This document shows positions 49,976 to 57,830 of a DNA stretch of 64,000 bases, in pieces (within the stretch, counting starts at the first letter, position 1; every line of letters starts with the position of its first letter). Source of the stretch: Candidatus Latescibacterota bacterium. GTDB lineage: Bacteria; Latescibacterota; UBA2968; GCA-2709665. Below the pieces are notes generated by a model. That model saw only the letters and a list, made by a program, of their open reading frames with translations, searched no databases and was not told the origin of the DNA. The DNA lies in assembly GCA_965219455.1 (NCBI GenBank), contig OZ244744.1:3136001-3200000 (forward strand). The letters are read 5' to 3'. The translations under genes were made by a program, and so were the position numbers.

Positions 49976-50956
49976 ATGACACCTGAAAACTTGGGAAAAC
50001 TGGAATCAGTTGACCTTCGTGAAGTATGGCGGAACGAAGCTGACAATTTTACGCCATGGTTGGGGACGCAAAGGAACCTGGACGATCTCGGTGAAACGCT
50101 CGGTATGCAGATAGAGTTTCAGGCGTTTGAGGAAGCTGTTGGTCCATATTCGGCGGATATATTGTGCCGAGACATTGATGATGATAGTTACGTTGTTATC
50201 GAAAACCAGCTTGAGGAAACGGACCACGACCACCTCGGGAAACTTCTCACGTATGCGGCGCATTTCAAAGTGTCAACCGTGGTCTGGGTCGCAAAGACAT
50301 TTACCGAACAACACCGAGCGGCCGTTGACTGGCTGAATGAGACCTCGGCCGAGGGGACTCAGTTCTTTGCGTTGGAAATTGAGGTCTGGCGAATCGGTGA
50401 GTCCGCGTTCGCGCCGAAATTCAATATGGTGGCCAAACCGAACAACTGGACGAAGGGAGGTAGATCAACTGCCGCCAGTTTGACGGAGACGCAGCGAGTT
50501 CAGCTTGAATTCTGGAAAGGATTCCAAGACCACGTTTCCCGGCATGGACAGCAGATCAAACTCTCTGCGAGTCCGAAAGCGAAAACCAGTATGGCCGCAG
50601 GGGGCTTGGGGCGTACGGGTTTCCTCCTCGCCGCTGTGGCCTCGACGTATTCCGAAACCAGGGGATGGAACGGTCAGGAACTAAGGGCGGAACTAAGCAT
50701 CAGCCGGGGAGAACTCTCGGGCCGATTTCACGACTTTCTCCAATCCGAAAAGTCCGAGATCGAACGGGAGATGGGCGGAGAGTTGAACTGGTACAATCCG
50801 GAGGATTCGAATGCCTGTAGAATTTACTCTCGCAAAGACGTGGAACTATACGATCCGGATGCCCGCAATGAGCAGTACACTTGGCTTCTGGAGCAACTCG
50901 AGAGTTTCCATCGAGTCTTCGCGGAGCGGATCCAGAAGTTGGAACCTGCGCCCTAA
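49976..50956 (+). CDS. NucS-like PD-(D/E)XK nuclease + DUF4268-like domain protein
   Basis: LREVWRNEADNFTPWL, ADIL, VIENQLEETDHDHLGKLLTYAA, QLEFW. Confidence 0.82.
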   Translation: MTPENLGKLESVDLREVWRNEADNFTPWLGTQRNLDDLGETLGMQIEFQAFEEAVGPYSADILCRDIDDDSYVVIENQLEETDHDHLGKLLTYAAHFKVSTVVWVAKTFTEQHRAAVDWLNETSAEGTQFFALEIEVWRIGESAFAPKFNMVAKPNNWTKGGRSTAASLTETQRVQLEFWKGFQDHVSRHGQQIKLSASPKAKTSMAAGGLGRTGFLLAAVASTYSETRGWNGQELRAELSISRGELSGRFHDFLQSEKSEIEREMGGELNWYNPEDSNACRIYSRKDVELYDPDARNEQYTWLLEQLESFHRVFAERIQKLEPAP

Positions 50957-51059
50957 AGACAATTGGTACGACCACCTTCGCAAAAAGTATCAGGACCTTC
51001 AACTACTGTCAATCCGGTCAATCATGTGAACGTGTCGCCTCATATGCAAAGCGACAATT

Positions 51060-51100
51060 TACTCAATACGTTGAGTATTTTTACTCAATGCATTGAGTAA
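51060..51100. promoter_or_regulatory. Pair of palindromic operator-like sites
   Basis: TACTCAA-TACG-TTGAGTA and TTACTCAA-TGCA-TTGAGTAA, 22 bp apart. Confidence 0.5.
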
Positions 51101-51176
51101 TTCGTTGAATTTGCGTCCAAATGCCACGGAACTGCCGCGCCGTCTGCATAAACGAAGGCCACCGCCACGCAAACAA

Positions 51177-51807
51177 GGGCAACCACAAGGGTTGCCCCTA
51201 CGCGGTACAGGGTATTCCGCTGGGCGTGAGATGCGCTTCGACTATCGATTCATCGTATTTGTCATATTTATCGCAATGCCCAGCCCTATGTATGGCATCA
51301 ACACAATTGTAGGGGCGCCCCTTGTGGGTGCCCTGCCTCGCCGCGACACGACGGTCACCGTCGCAGACCCGCGGGCCGCCGCGTGGATTGCCCCAAGGGG
51401 GTACGGGTATTCGATTTGGAGTGAGTTGCCCAACTGGCATCGAACCAGCACAGTTGGCATATTTGTTGCAATGCACAATCAAGTCCACCTGATGATTGAA
51501 ATTGCAGGCGCGTCCCGTGGGCGCCCGGCCATCCAAGACGCAATGGTCGCCGCAACGAATACGCGGGCAACCACAAGGGTTGCCCCTACAACATCACGGT
51601 CGGTCGTGGGTTAATGAGGTGGAGTGGCGGCGGCGAATTCGGGCAAAATGCCGAACGGATTTTCATCCGATGAATTGAAAACATTCGTCTCAATGCTTCA
51701 CCACATGCGCGGAATTATTCCATTTGTAGGGGCGTCCCTTGTGGGCGCCCGGGGTTAAAGAGAAGCGATGCGTGCCTTAACATAATCCAAAACAACCACG
51801 GGGGTTG
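51177..51807 (+). repeat. RAYT-derived units 4-6 in tandem (~190-225 bp each)
   Basis: REP-B at 51177, 51373 (degenerate), 51565, 51790 (truncated); REP-A at 51309, 51504, 51726. Segments read FIAMPSPMYGINTI, IWSELPN...FVAMHNQVHLMIEI, and MPNGF...FVSMLHHMRGIIPF. Confidence 0.85.
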
Positions 51808-52434
51808 ATCCGACAGGTGAACGGCGTGTACGATCCGGAAATCCATCATCGCCGGTCGATGAGACTGAAGGGATACGACTATTCGCAGGCAGGGGCGTAC
51901 CTTGTTACCGTTGTCGCACATGGACGGATGACGCATTTCGGCGATGTGGTTAAGGGTCGGATGCAGTTGAACCCGGCCGGAGAAATGGTCCAACGAATAT
52001 GGATGGAAATGCCCAATCGATTCCCACCTATCATTATGGACGAATTTATCGCCATGCCAAACCACGTTCATGGAATCATCATCCTGGCAGGTGCGGGCAT
52101 TGCGGGCGCCCCAACACCTAACGATCGATCGGACATCGGTACAAGAAAAAATGCAACCACAGGGGTTGCCTCTACATCGGATGGGCGCACGAGACTGGGG
52201 GATGTGGTAGGTGCATTTAAATCATTGACAACATTGGAATATACGCGTGGTGTGCGCGACAAGAACTGGCCGCCGTTTCAGGGACGGTTGTGGCAGCGGA
52301 ATTTCTATGAACATATCGTTCGGACCGACGTGTCATTGCAGCAATATCGCAAGTATATAGTTGACAATCCGGTGCAATGGCCATTTGACCGTGAGAACCC
52401 GATGGCCGTAAGTCCCAGGTCGCACTCGCTATAG
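51805..52434 (+). mobile_element. REP-associated tyrosine transposase (RAYT, Y1 HUH)
   Basis: HHRRSMRLKGYDYS, MPNHVH (HUH), WQRNFYEHIVR, catalytic YIVDNP; flanked by REPs; true start may be GTG 51826. Confidence 0.92.
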
Positions 52435-52474
52435 CCAACGATATCCCGGCCATCACCTCAATACGCACAGACGA

Positions 52475-52851
52475 GGGCAACCACAAGGGTTGCCCCTACG
52501 CGGTACAGGGTATACAATTTCCAACCAGATCGGATGAATGATCGAAATTGTAGGGGCGCCCCTTGTGGGCGCCCGCCTGCCTCAGTCGGAAATGCCACGA
52601 CCATAGAAACCAGGGCAACCACAAGGGTTGCCCCTACACGGTACGGGGAATACAATTTACAACCGGGTGCAATGAATGATCGAAATTGTAGGGGCGTCCC
52701 TTGTGGGCGCCCGGCGTTTCGGCGAAGCAATGCGTGTCTGAACATAAACCAAAGCAACCACAAGGGTTACCCCTACACGGTACGGGGTATGCAATTTCCA
52801 ACCAGATCGGATGAACCATCGAAATTACAGGGGCGCCCCTTGCGGGTGCCC
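52475..52851. repeat. BIME-like tandem REP array, period 138-139 bp
   Basis: REP-B at 52475, 52613, 52752; REP-A at 52550, 52688, 52827; conserved linker CGGTACRGGG..CAATTT.CAACC.G...ATGAA..ATCGAAATT. Confidence 0.92.
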
Positions 52852-52891
52852 GGCCTTCCGATTATCTTTTTAGAAAAACGGAGGAGATCCG

Positions 52892-53896
52892 ATGCCCGAG
52901 TCGATTCTGAAACTACTGGATGAGGGGGCGGTGCTGGGCGACGGGGGGTACCTGCTCACCTTGGAGAATCGAGGCTACGTCCAGGCCGGTCCGTTCACGC
53001 CGGAAGTGACGATTGAAAACCCCAACGCGCTTCTGGCCCTGCACGAGGAATTCCTGCACGCCGGGGCCGAAGTCCTGCAGGTGCTCACGTTTTACGCCAG
53101 CGAAAACAAGCTGGCGCAAATCGGCTACGCCGGCAGGCTGGAAGAAATCAACCGCGCGGCCGTCAGAATCGCGCGGGAGGCCGCCGGCGACAGGGCGCTG
53201 GTTGCCGGGAATATCTGCCTGACCTGGAAGTACCCGGAACGGGAGGACGAATGCCGGCGCCTCTTCGATGACCAGATTGGCTACCAGATGGCCGAGGGCG
53301 TCGACTTCATCATCGGCGAGACGTTCCTCCACGTGGGCGAAGCCCTCATCGCTCTCGAACGGGCAAAAAAAACCGGCCTTCCGTCGATGATCACGATGGC
53401 CTTCGAAGGCCCGGACACACGCGACGGAAAAACCCCGGGAGAGGCCGCGCGGATGCTGGAAGGCGCGGGCGCCGACGTTGTGGGCGCCAATTGCTGGCAG
53501 GATCCCGCCTTTATGCTCCCCGCCATCGAACAGATGCGGGAGGCGGTAACCTGTCACGTGGCCGCCCAGCCGGTCGCCTATCGATGCACGCCCGAAGTGC
53601 CGTTTTTCACCGGGCAGCCCGGCTTTCCGGACAAACTCGACCCCTCCAAGATCACCCGCTATGAAATGGGCGATTTCGCCAAAGCAGCCCTGGACCGAGG
53701 CGTGAATTATATCGGCGGATGCTGCGGATGCGAGGGTTCCCATATCCGCCAGATGGCGCGCGCCATCGGCAAAATGCCCGCTGAAGAGCGCGAGTGGGCC
53801 GCGGACTACCAGCAACCCCAGTCGGCCACGGAAGCGTACAAAGAAATCCGGGAGCCATCCGGCAGTGCTCCCGGGGAGATGAACAGAACGCGATGA
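52892..53896 (+). CDS. Homocysteine S-methyltransferase (betaine-homocysteine methyltransferase-like)
   Basis: LGDGG, GPFTPEV, GANC, IGGCCG zinc ligands; GGAGG RBS. Confidence 0.9.
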   Translation: MPESILKLLDEGAVLGDGGYLLTLENRGYVQAGPFTPEVTIENPNALLALHEEFLHAGAEVLQVLTFYASENKLAQIGYAGRLEEINRAAVRIAREAAGDRALVAGNICLTWKYPEREDECRRLFDDQIGYQMAEGVDFIIGETFLHVGEALIALERAKKTGLPSMITMAFEGPDTRDGKTPGEAARMLEGAGADVVGANCWQDPAFMLPAIEQMREAVTCHVAAQPVAYRCTPEVPFFTGQPGFPDKLDPSKITRYEMGDFAKAALDRGVNYIGGCCGCEGSHIRQMARAIGKMPAEEREWAADYQQPQSATEAYKEIREPSGSAPGEMNRTR

Positions 53897-53921
53897 TACG
53901 TTAAAGCCCGGCCTGGCGGGT

Positions 53922-54686
53922 TCAACCGGCCCGCCACTCCCAGCAGGTCACCCGGTAACCCTGTCCCTTCAACGCCACGGCCCCGACAAAGCCGTTCCCG
54001 GGCTCCAGCGCCTTCAAAAACCACTCTGATGAAGCCACCGGATTGTCGTTGATACGCAGCAGCGCCGCGGGTGATCCGGGCGCCAGCGAAACTTCGAATC
54101 CATCCAGCGGACATGCAAGCCCCGTTCCCAGGGCCTTGATATACGCCTCTTTACGGGTCCAGCAGTTGAAGAACGCCTCGTATTGGACCTCCCGGGGCAG
54201 CGCCCGGATCGCGGCGACTTCACCGGGAGCAAAATAACGCCCCGCCAGACGGAGGTGCTCTTTCACCGCACGGATGCGTTCCACGTCCACGCCGATTTCC
54301 CAGGCCCGGACCACCGCCAGGAGGGCGAGTTCGCCGGTATGGGAGAGGTTGAAGCGCACGGCGTCCCCGTCCGAACCCCTCTTCAAAAACGGCTTACCCC
54401 GGGATTCGTAGCCGAATTCCAGCCGGTCCGGTGCCAGGCCCACGTACCGACCCAGAATCCTCCTGAGGGACGCCCGGCCCGCAATAAAACGCGCCCGGTG
54501 TCTGTCAAAGACAAACCGGGCGGCGCGCGCGTGCTCGTCTTCGGAAAGCACGTGCTGCATCTCTTGAATCTCTGGTGCCGGCCGGTCCAGATTCATGCGC
54601 CAGACCTGAATCTCGTCGTCCGATGCCACCGGATGTTCAGGCGGCTGAAGCCAGATTTCGGATGCAGACCGGTTGAAATGACTCAC
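53922..54686 (-). CDS. Sfp-type 4'-phosphopantetheinyl transferase
   Basis: [24 protein letters not shown]; GTG 54686 overlaps the dehydratase stop (GTGA). Confidence 0.92.
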   Translation of the reverse strand: MSHFNRSASEIWLQPPEHPVASDDEIQVWRMNLDRPAPEIQEMQHVLSEDEHARAARFVFDRHRARFIAGRASLRRILGRYVGLAPDRLEFGYESRGKPFLKRGSDGDAVRFNLSHTGELALLAVVRAWEIGVDVERIRAVKEHLRLAGRYFAPGEVAAIRALPREVQYEAFFNCWTRKEAYIKALGTGLACPLDGFEVSLAPGSPAALLRINDNPVASSEWFLKALEPGNGFVGAVALKGQGYRVTCWEWRAG

Positions 54687-56671
54687 GGGGGTGTACCGCC
54701 GTTCAACCGATTCACAATCGCCTCCACGTCGTAGACGCATCCCCCCCAGGTTCCGCCGCCCACGTTCTGAAGGGCCGCCCATAGCCGGGTATCGTCAGGA
54801 AGATCCGGGTCGGGCGCCAAATCGGAACGCGTGGCTCGGTCGGCCAGAATCCGACGGCCTTCTTCAGGTCCAAAACGGGTCTCGCCCACGCCGACAAAGT
54901 GGATGCTTCCCGAGAGTTCCTTCCGGTCGATCACGATTTCCACGATGTCTCCGTCCTTCAACTTGCCGATCGGGCCGCCAGCCAGCGCCTCCGGACCGAT
55001 ATGGCCAATGCACGCTCCGGTGGAGAACCCCGAAAACCGAGCGTCCGTGAGCACGGCCACGTGTTTGCCGAAGTCCAGGTACTTGAGCGCGGTCGTGATC
55101 TGTGCAATTTCCTCCATCCCCGCACCCATGGGACCGCGCCCGATCAACACCATCACGTCGCCCGGTTTCACGCCCTTCGGTCCGGAATCCTTAAGTGCGG
55201 CGGCGGCGGCGCGCTCGGTGATGAACACCTTCACCGGACCGGTCATCCGGTAGATGCCATCCGCGTCGACGACCGAAGGGTCGATCGCCGTGCTTTTTAC
55301 CACGGACCCTTCGGGCGCGATATTCCCGGTGGGAAAACAGACCGTGCTGGTCAACCCTCTTGCCCGCGCGCGGTCGGTATCCATAATCACATGGTCCGGA
55401 TCAATTCCGTCCTGAACACGCAACGCCTCCCTTAACCTGGATCGTCGTTCGGACCCCTCCCACCAGTCCAGATTCTCACCGAGTGTCCTTCCGGAAATCG
55501 TGAGCGCGCCAACTTCGAGCAACCCGAGCTTTCGCAGGTGCAGCATGACTTCCGGCACGCCGCCCGCCAGAAACGCCCGGATCGTCGGATGGAACTCAGG
55601 ACCGTTGGGCAGTACGTCGACCAGGCGCGGGACCTGGCGGTTCACGTGGTTCCAGTCGGCCACGGTCGGCCGCGTGAGCCCGGCCGCATACGCCACCGCC
55701 GGAATATGCAACAGCAGGTTGGTCGATCCACCGAACGCGGCATGCGTTGCCATCGCATTGTGAACCGCGGCGTCCGTAATCACGTCGGCCGTGGTGAATC
55801 CCGATGCCTGCATCGCGAACACCGCACGGGCGGACCGGAGCGCCATATCCAGCCAGACCTTCTGGCCCGACGGCGCCAGGGCCGAATGGGTCAGCGCAAA
55901 TCCGAGCGCTTCGGCCACCACCTGTGAAGTCGCCGCGGTGCCCAGGAATTGGCAACCGCCGCCGGGCGAGGCACAGGCCCGGCATCCCAGGTCCTGTACG
56001 TCGGAAATCGTCATCTCCCCGTGCGCCAGCCTGACGCCAACCGACTGTATCTTGCCGGCGTCTTCTCCAATTTCGGGTGGAAGCGTCACGCCCCCCGGAA
56101 CGATCGCCGTGGGCAGCGAATGCATCGCCGCCAGGGCGATCATCATCGCGGGCAATCCCTTGTCGCAGGTTGCAACGCCAATCACCCCTTTTCGGGTGGG
56201 AAGCGACCGGATCAGCCGACGGAGCACCATTGCCGCGTCGTTGCGATAGGCGAGACTGTCCATCATGCCCGTGGTGCCCTGCGTACGCCCGTCGCAGGGG
56301 TCGGAGCAATAACCAGCAAACGGAATGCCGCCCAGACGTTGAATCTCCTCGGCGGCCTCCTGCATCAGCAGCCCGACCTCCCAGTGTCCCGTATGATATC
56401 CCAGCGCGACCGGTTGTCCCTCCGGTCCACGTATTCCGCCCATCGTGCTTAAGATCAGGAACTCGGGCCGCCCCAGTTCCGCCGGATTCCACCCCATACC
56501 CGCGTTCTGGCTATAGCCGAAGATATCTCCGCTGGGCGATTCGATGACGTGCGCTTCCGTCAGGGAAGTCAAACGCCCCTCGGGCCCCGGCGCCCGCGTA
56601 CGAACCTCGTAGATTGATTCGTCGTCGGACTGCAGGATTGCGTCACAGGATGGGATGTTTACCGCCGGCAT
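54683..56671 (-). CDS. yagF: YjhG/YagF-family D-xylonate dehydratase (IlvD/Edd superfamily)
   Basis: [37 protein letters not shown]; AGGAG RBS before ATG 56671. Confidence 0.88.
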   Translation of the reverse strand: MPAVNIPSCDAILQSDDESIYEVRTRAPGPEGRLTSLTEAHVIESPSGDIFGYSQNAGMGWNPAELGRPEFLILSTMGGIRGPEGQPVALGYHTGHWEVGLLMQEAAEEIQRLGGIPFAGYCSDPCDGRTQGTTGMMDSLAYRNDAAMVLRRLIRSLPTRKGVIGVATCDKGLPAMMIALAAMHSLPTAIVPGGVTLPPEIGEDAGKIQSVGVRLAHGEMTISDVQDLGCRACASPGGGCQFLGTAATSQVVAEALGFALTHSALAPSGQKVWLDMALRSARAVFAMQASGFTTADVITDAAVHNAMATHAAFGGSTNLLLHIPAVAYAAGLTRPTVADWNHVNRQVPRLVDVLPNGPEFHPTIRAFLAGGVPEVMLHLRKLGLLEVGALTISGRTLGENLDWWEGSERRSRLREALRVQDGIDPDHVIMDTDRARARGLTSTVCFPTGNIAPEGSVVKSTAIDPSVVDADGIYRMTGPVKVFITERAAAAALKDSGPKGVKPGDVMVLIGRGPMGAGMEEIAQITTALKYLDFGKHVAVLTDARFSGFSTGACIGHIGPEALAGGPIGKLKDGDIVEIVIDRKELSGSIHFVGVGETRFGPEEGRRILADRATRSDLAPDPDLPDDTRLWAALQNVGGGTWGGCVYDVEAIVNRLNGGTPP

Positions 56672-56794
56672 ACGACTCCTCACACTGGCACGAACACCTG
56701 AATCGGGTCTGCTGTTGACAGGCCCGCGATTCCGGGATAGAAGCGATCTCGTCTTCCCTGATTCACAGGCCCCTGGTGTTGGGCTTCGGGGTGT

Positions 56795-57565
56795 TCATTC
56801 CAACCCCATCGCCCGCAAATTACGCAGACTGATGCCCAGGCTTTCGAACGGGTCTCGCTGGCACGTGTCCTGTTCCACGATGTACCACCGCGTGCCCGCC
56901 GCCGTGCCGGCATCCAGGATGGCCGGCCAGTTCAGGTTGCCCTCACCCACCTCGGCGTAGAGCTGCTCCCGGCCGCGCATGGCCATATCTTTCACGTGAA
57001 CAAGGTCCGCCCGGCCCGCGGCCTTGCGAATCCACGCGGCCGAATCCCCGCCTCCGTGCTGTATCCAGTAGGTGTCGATCTCGAGCTGGAATACCTCCGG
57101 ATCGCTCTCTTCAAACAGGATCTGCAGCCCCGTGCGATCGCCGAATCTCTCCAGTTCAAAACTGTGGTTGTGATACCCGAACGTGAGCCCGGCCGCCGCC
57201 AGCTTTCTCGCTACTTCGGATGCCTCGCGGGCGAACCGTCTGTAACCGTCTCCACCCCCTTCGCGATAGTTCTGGGGAAGCCCACCGATCGCGGGGTATC
57301 TGCATCCCCACAACAGATGTTCGTCGATGACAGCCTGCGTTTCATCCCTCATGCGTTCGTAACTTGTGTGGGTGGCGCAGATATCGAGGCCTTCGCCATC
57401 CGCCAGGTTCTTGAGTTCCAGGGGGCTGATCTCTCCAAATGCCGACACCTGCATGGCGTCGTATCCCAGCGCCTTCACCTTTTTCAGGCTGACCGCGACG
57501 TCCGCGGGTGTTTTAGTGAATTCACGCACCGTATACATCTGCGCAGCCAATACCGTACCGGCCAT
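56795..57565 (-). CDS. Sugar phosphate isomerase/epimerase (xylose-isomerase-like TIM barrel)
   Basis: YHNHSFE, EIDTYW, HVKD, VEQD. Confidence 0.9.
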   Translation of the reverse strand: MAGTVLAAQMYTVREFTKTPADVAVSLKKVKALGYDAMQVSAFGEISPLELKNLADGEGLDICATHTSYERMRDETQAVIDEHLLWGCRYPAIGGLPQNYREGGGDGYRRFAREASEVARKLAAAGLTFGYHNHSFELERFGDRTGLQILFEESDPEVFQLEIDTYWIQHGGGDSAAWIRKAAGRADLVHVKDMAMRGREQLYAEVGEGNLNWPAILDAGTAAGTRWYIVEQDTCQRDPFESLGISLRNLRAMGLE

Positions 57566-57830
57566 CTTCGGCTCCTTTCCACAATCGCCAATACATCCTG
57601 TACACGCTTGATTTCACGTACAAAATACCACAGGATCGCCGAACATCCAAGCTAAGTTTTCCCAGAAGAGGCCGCAAGCCGCTCTGCGACAGCCGGAACC
57701 ATTTTTGACTGGTTTTTTTCCGAAATCACTGTATTTTTAGTTCGTAGTTTCCGCTCCCCAATCCCTCCCCCGTATTGCACGATCCCCCCTGTTTCAACCG
57801 AACCCGCTTCCCTCTCAGAGGAGCCCGTTT

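Noticed and set aside
51093-51614. 173-aa ORF as a real gene
   Set aside because: It is read-through across REPs and decayed RAYT fragments with the HUH motif destroyed.
51805-52434. IS200/IS605 element
   Set aside because: No tnpB and no unique left/right ends; the motifs and flanking REPs fit a RAYT.
52475-52851. Possible CRISPR array
   Set aside because: The repeats alternate in type and orientation, the linkers are themselves repeated, and there are no cas genes. It is a REP/BIME-like array.
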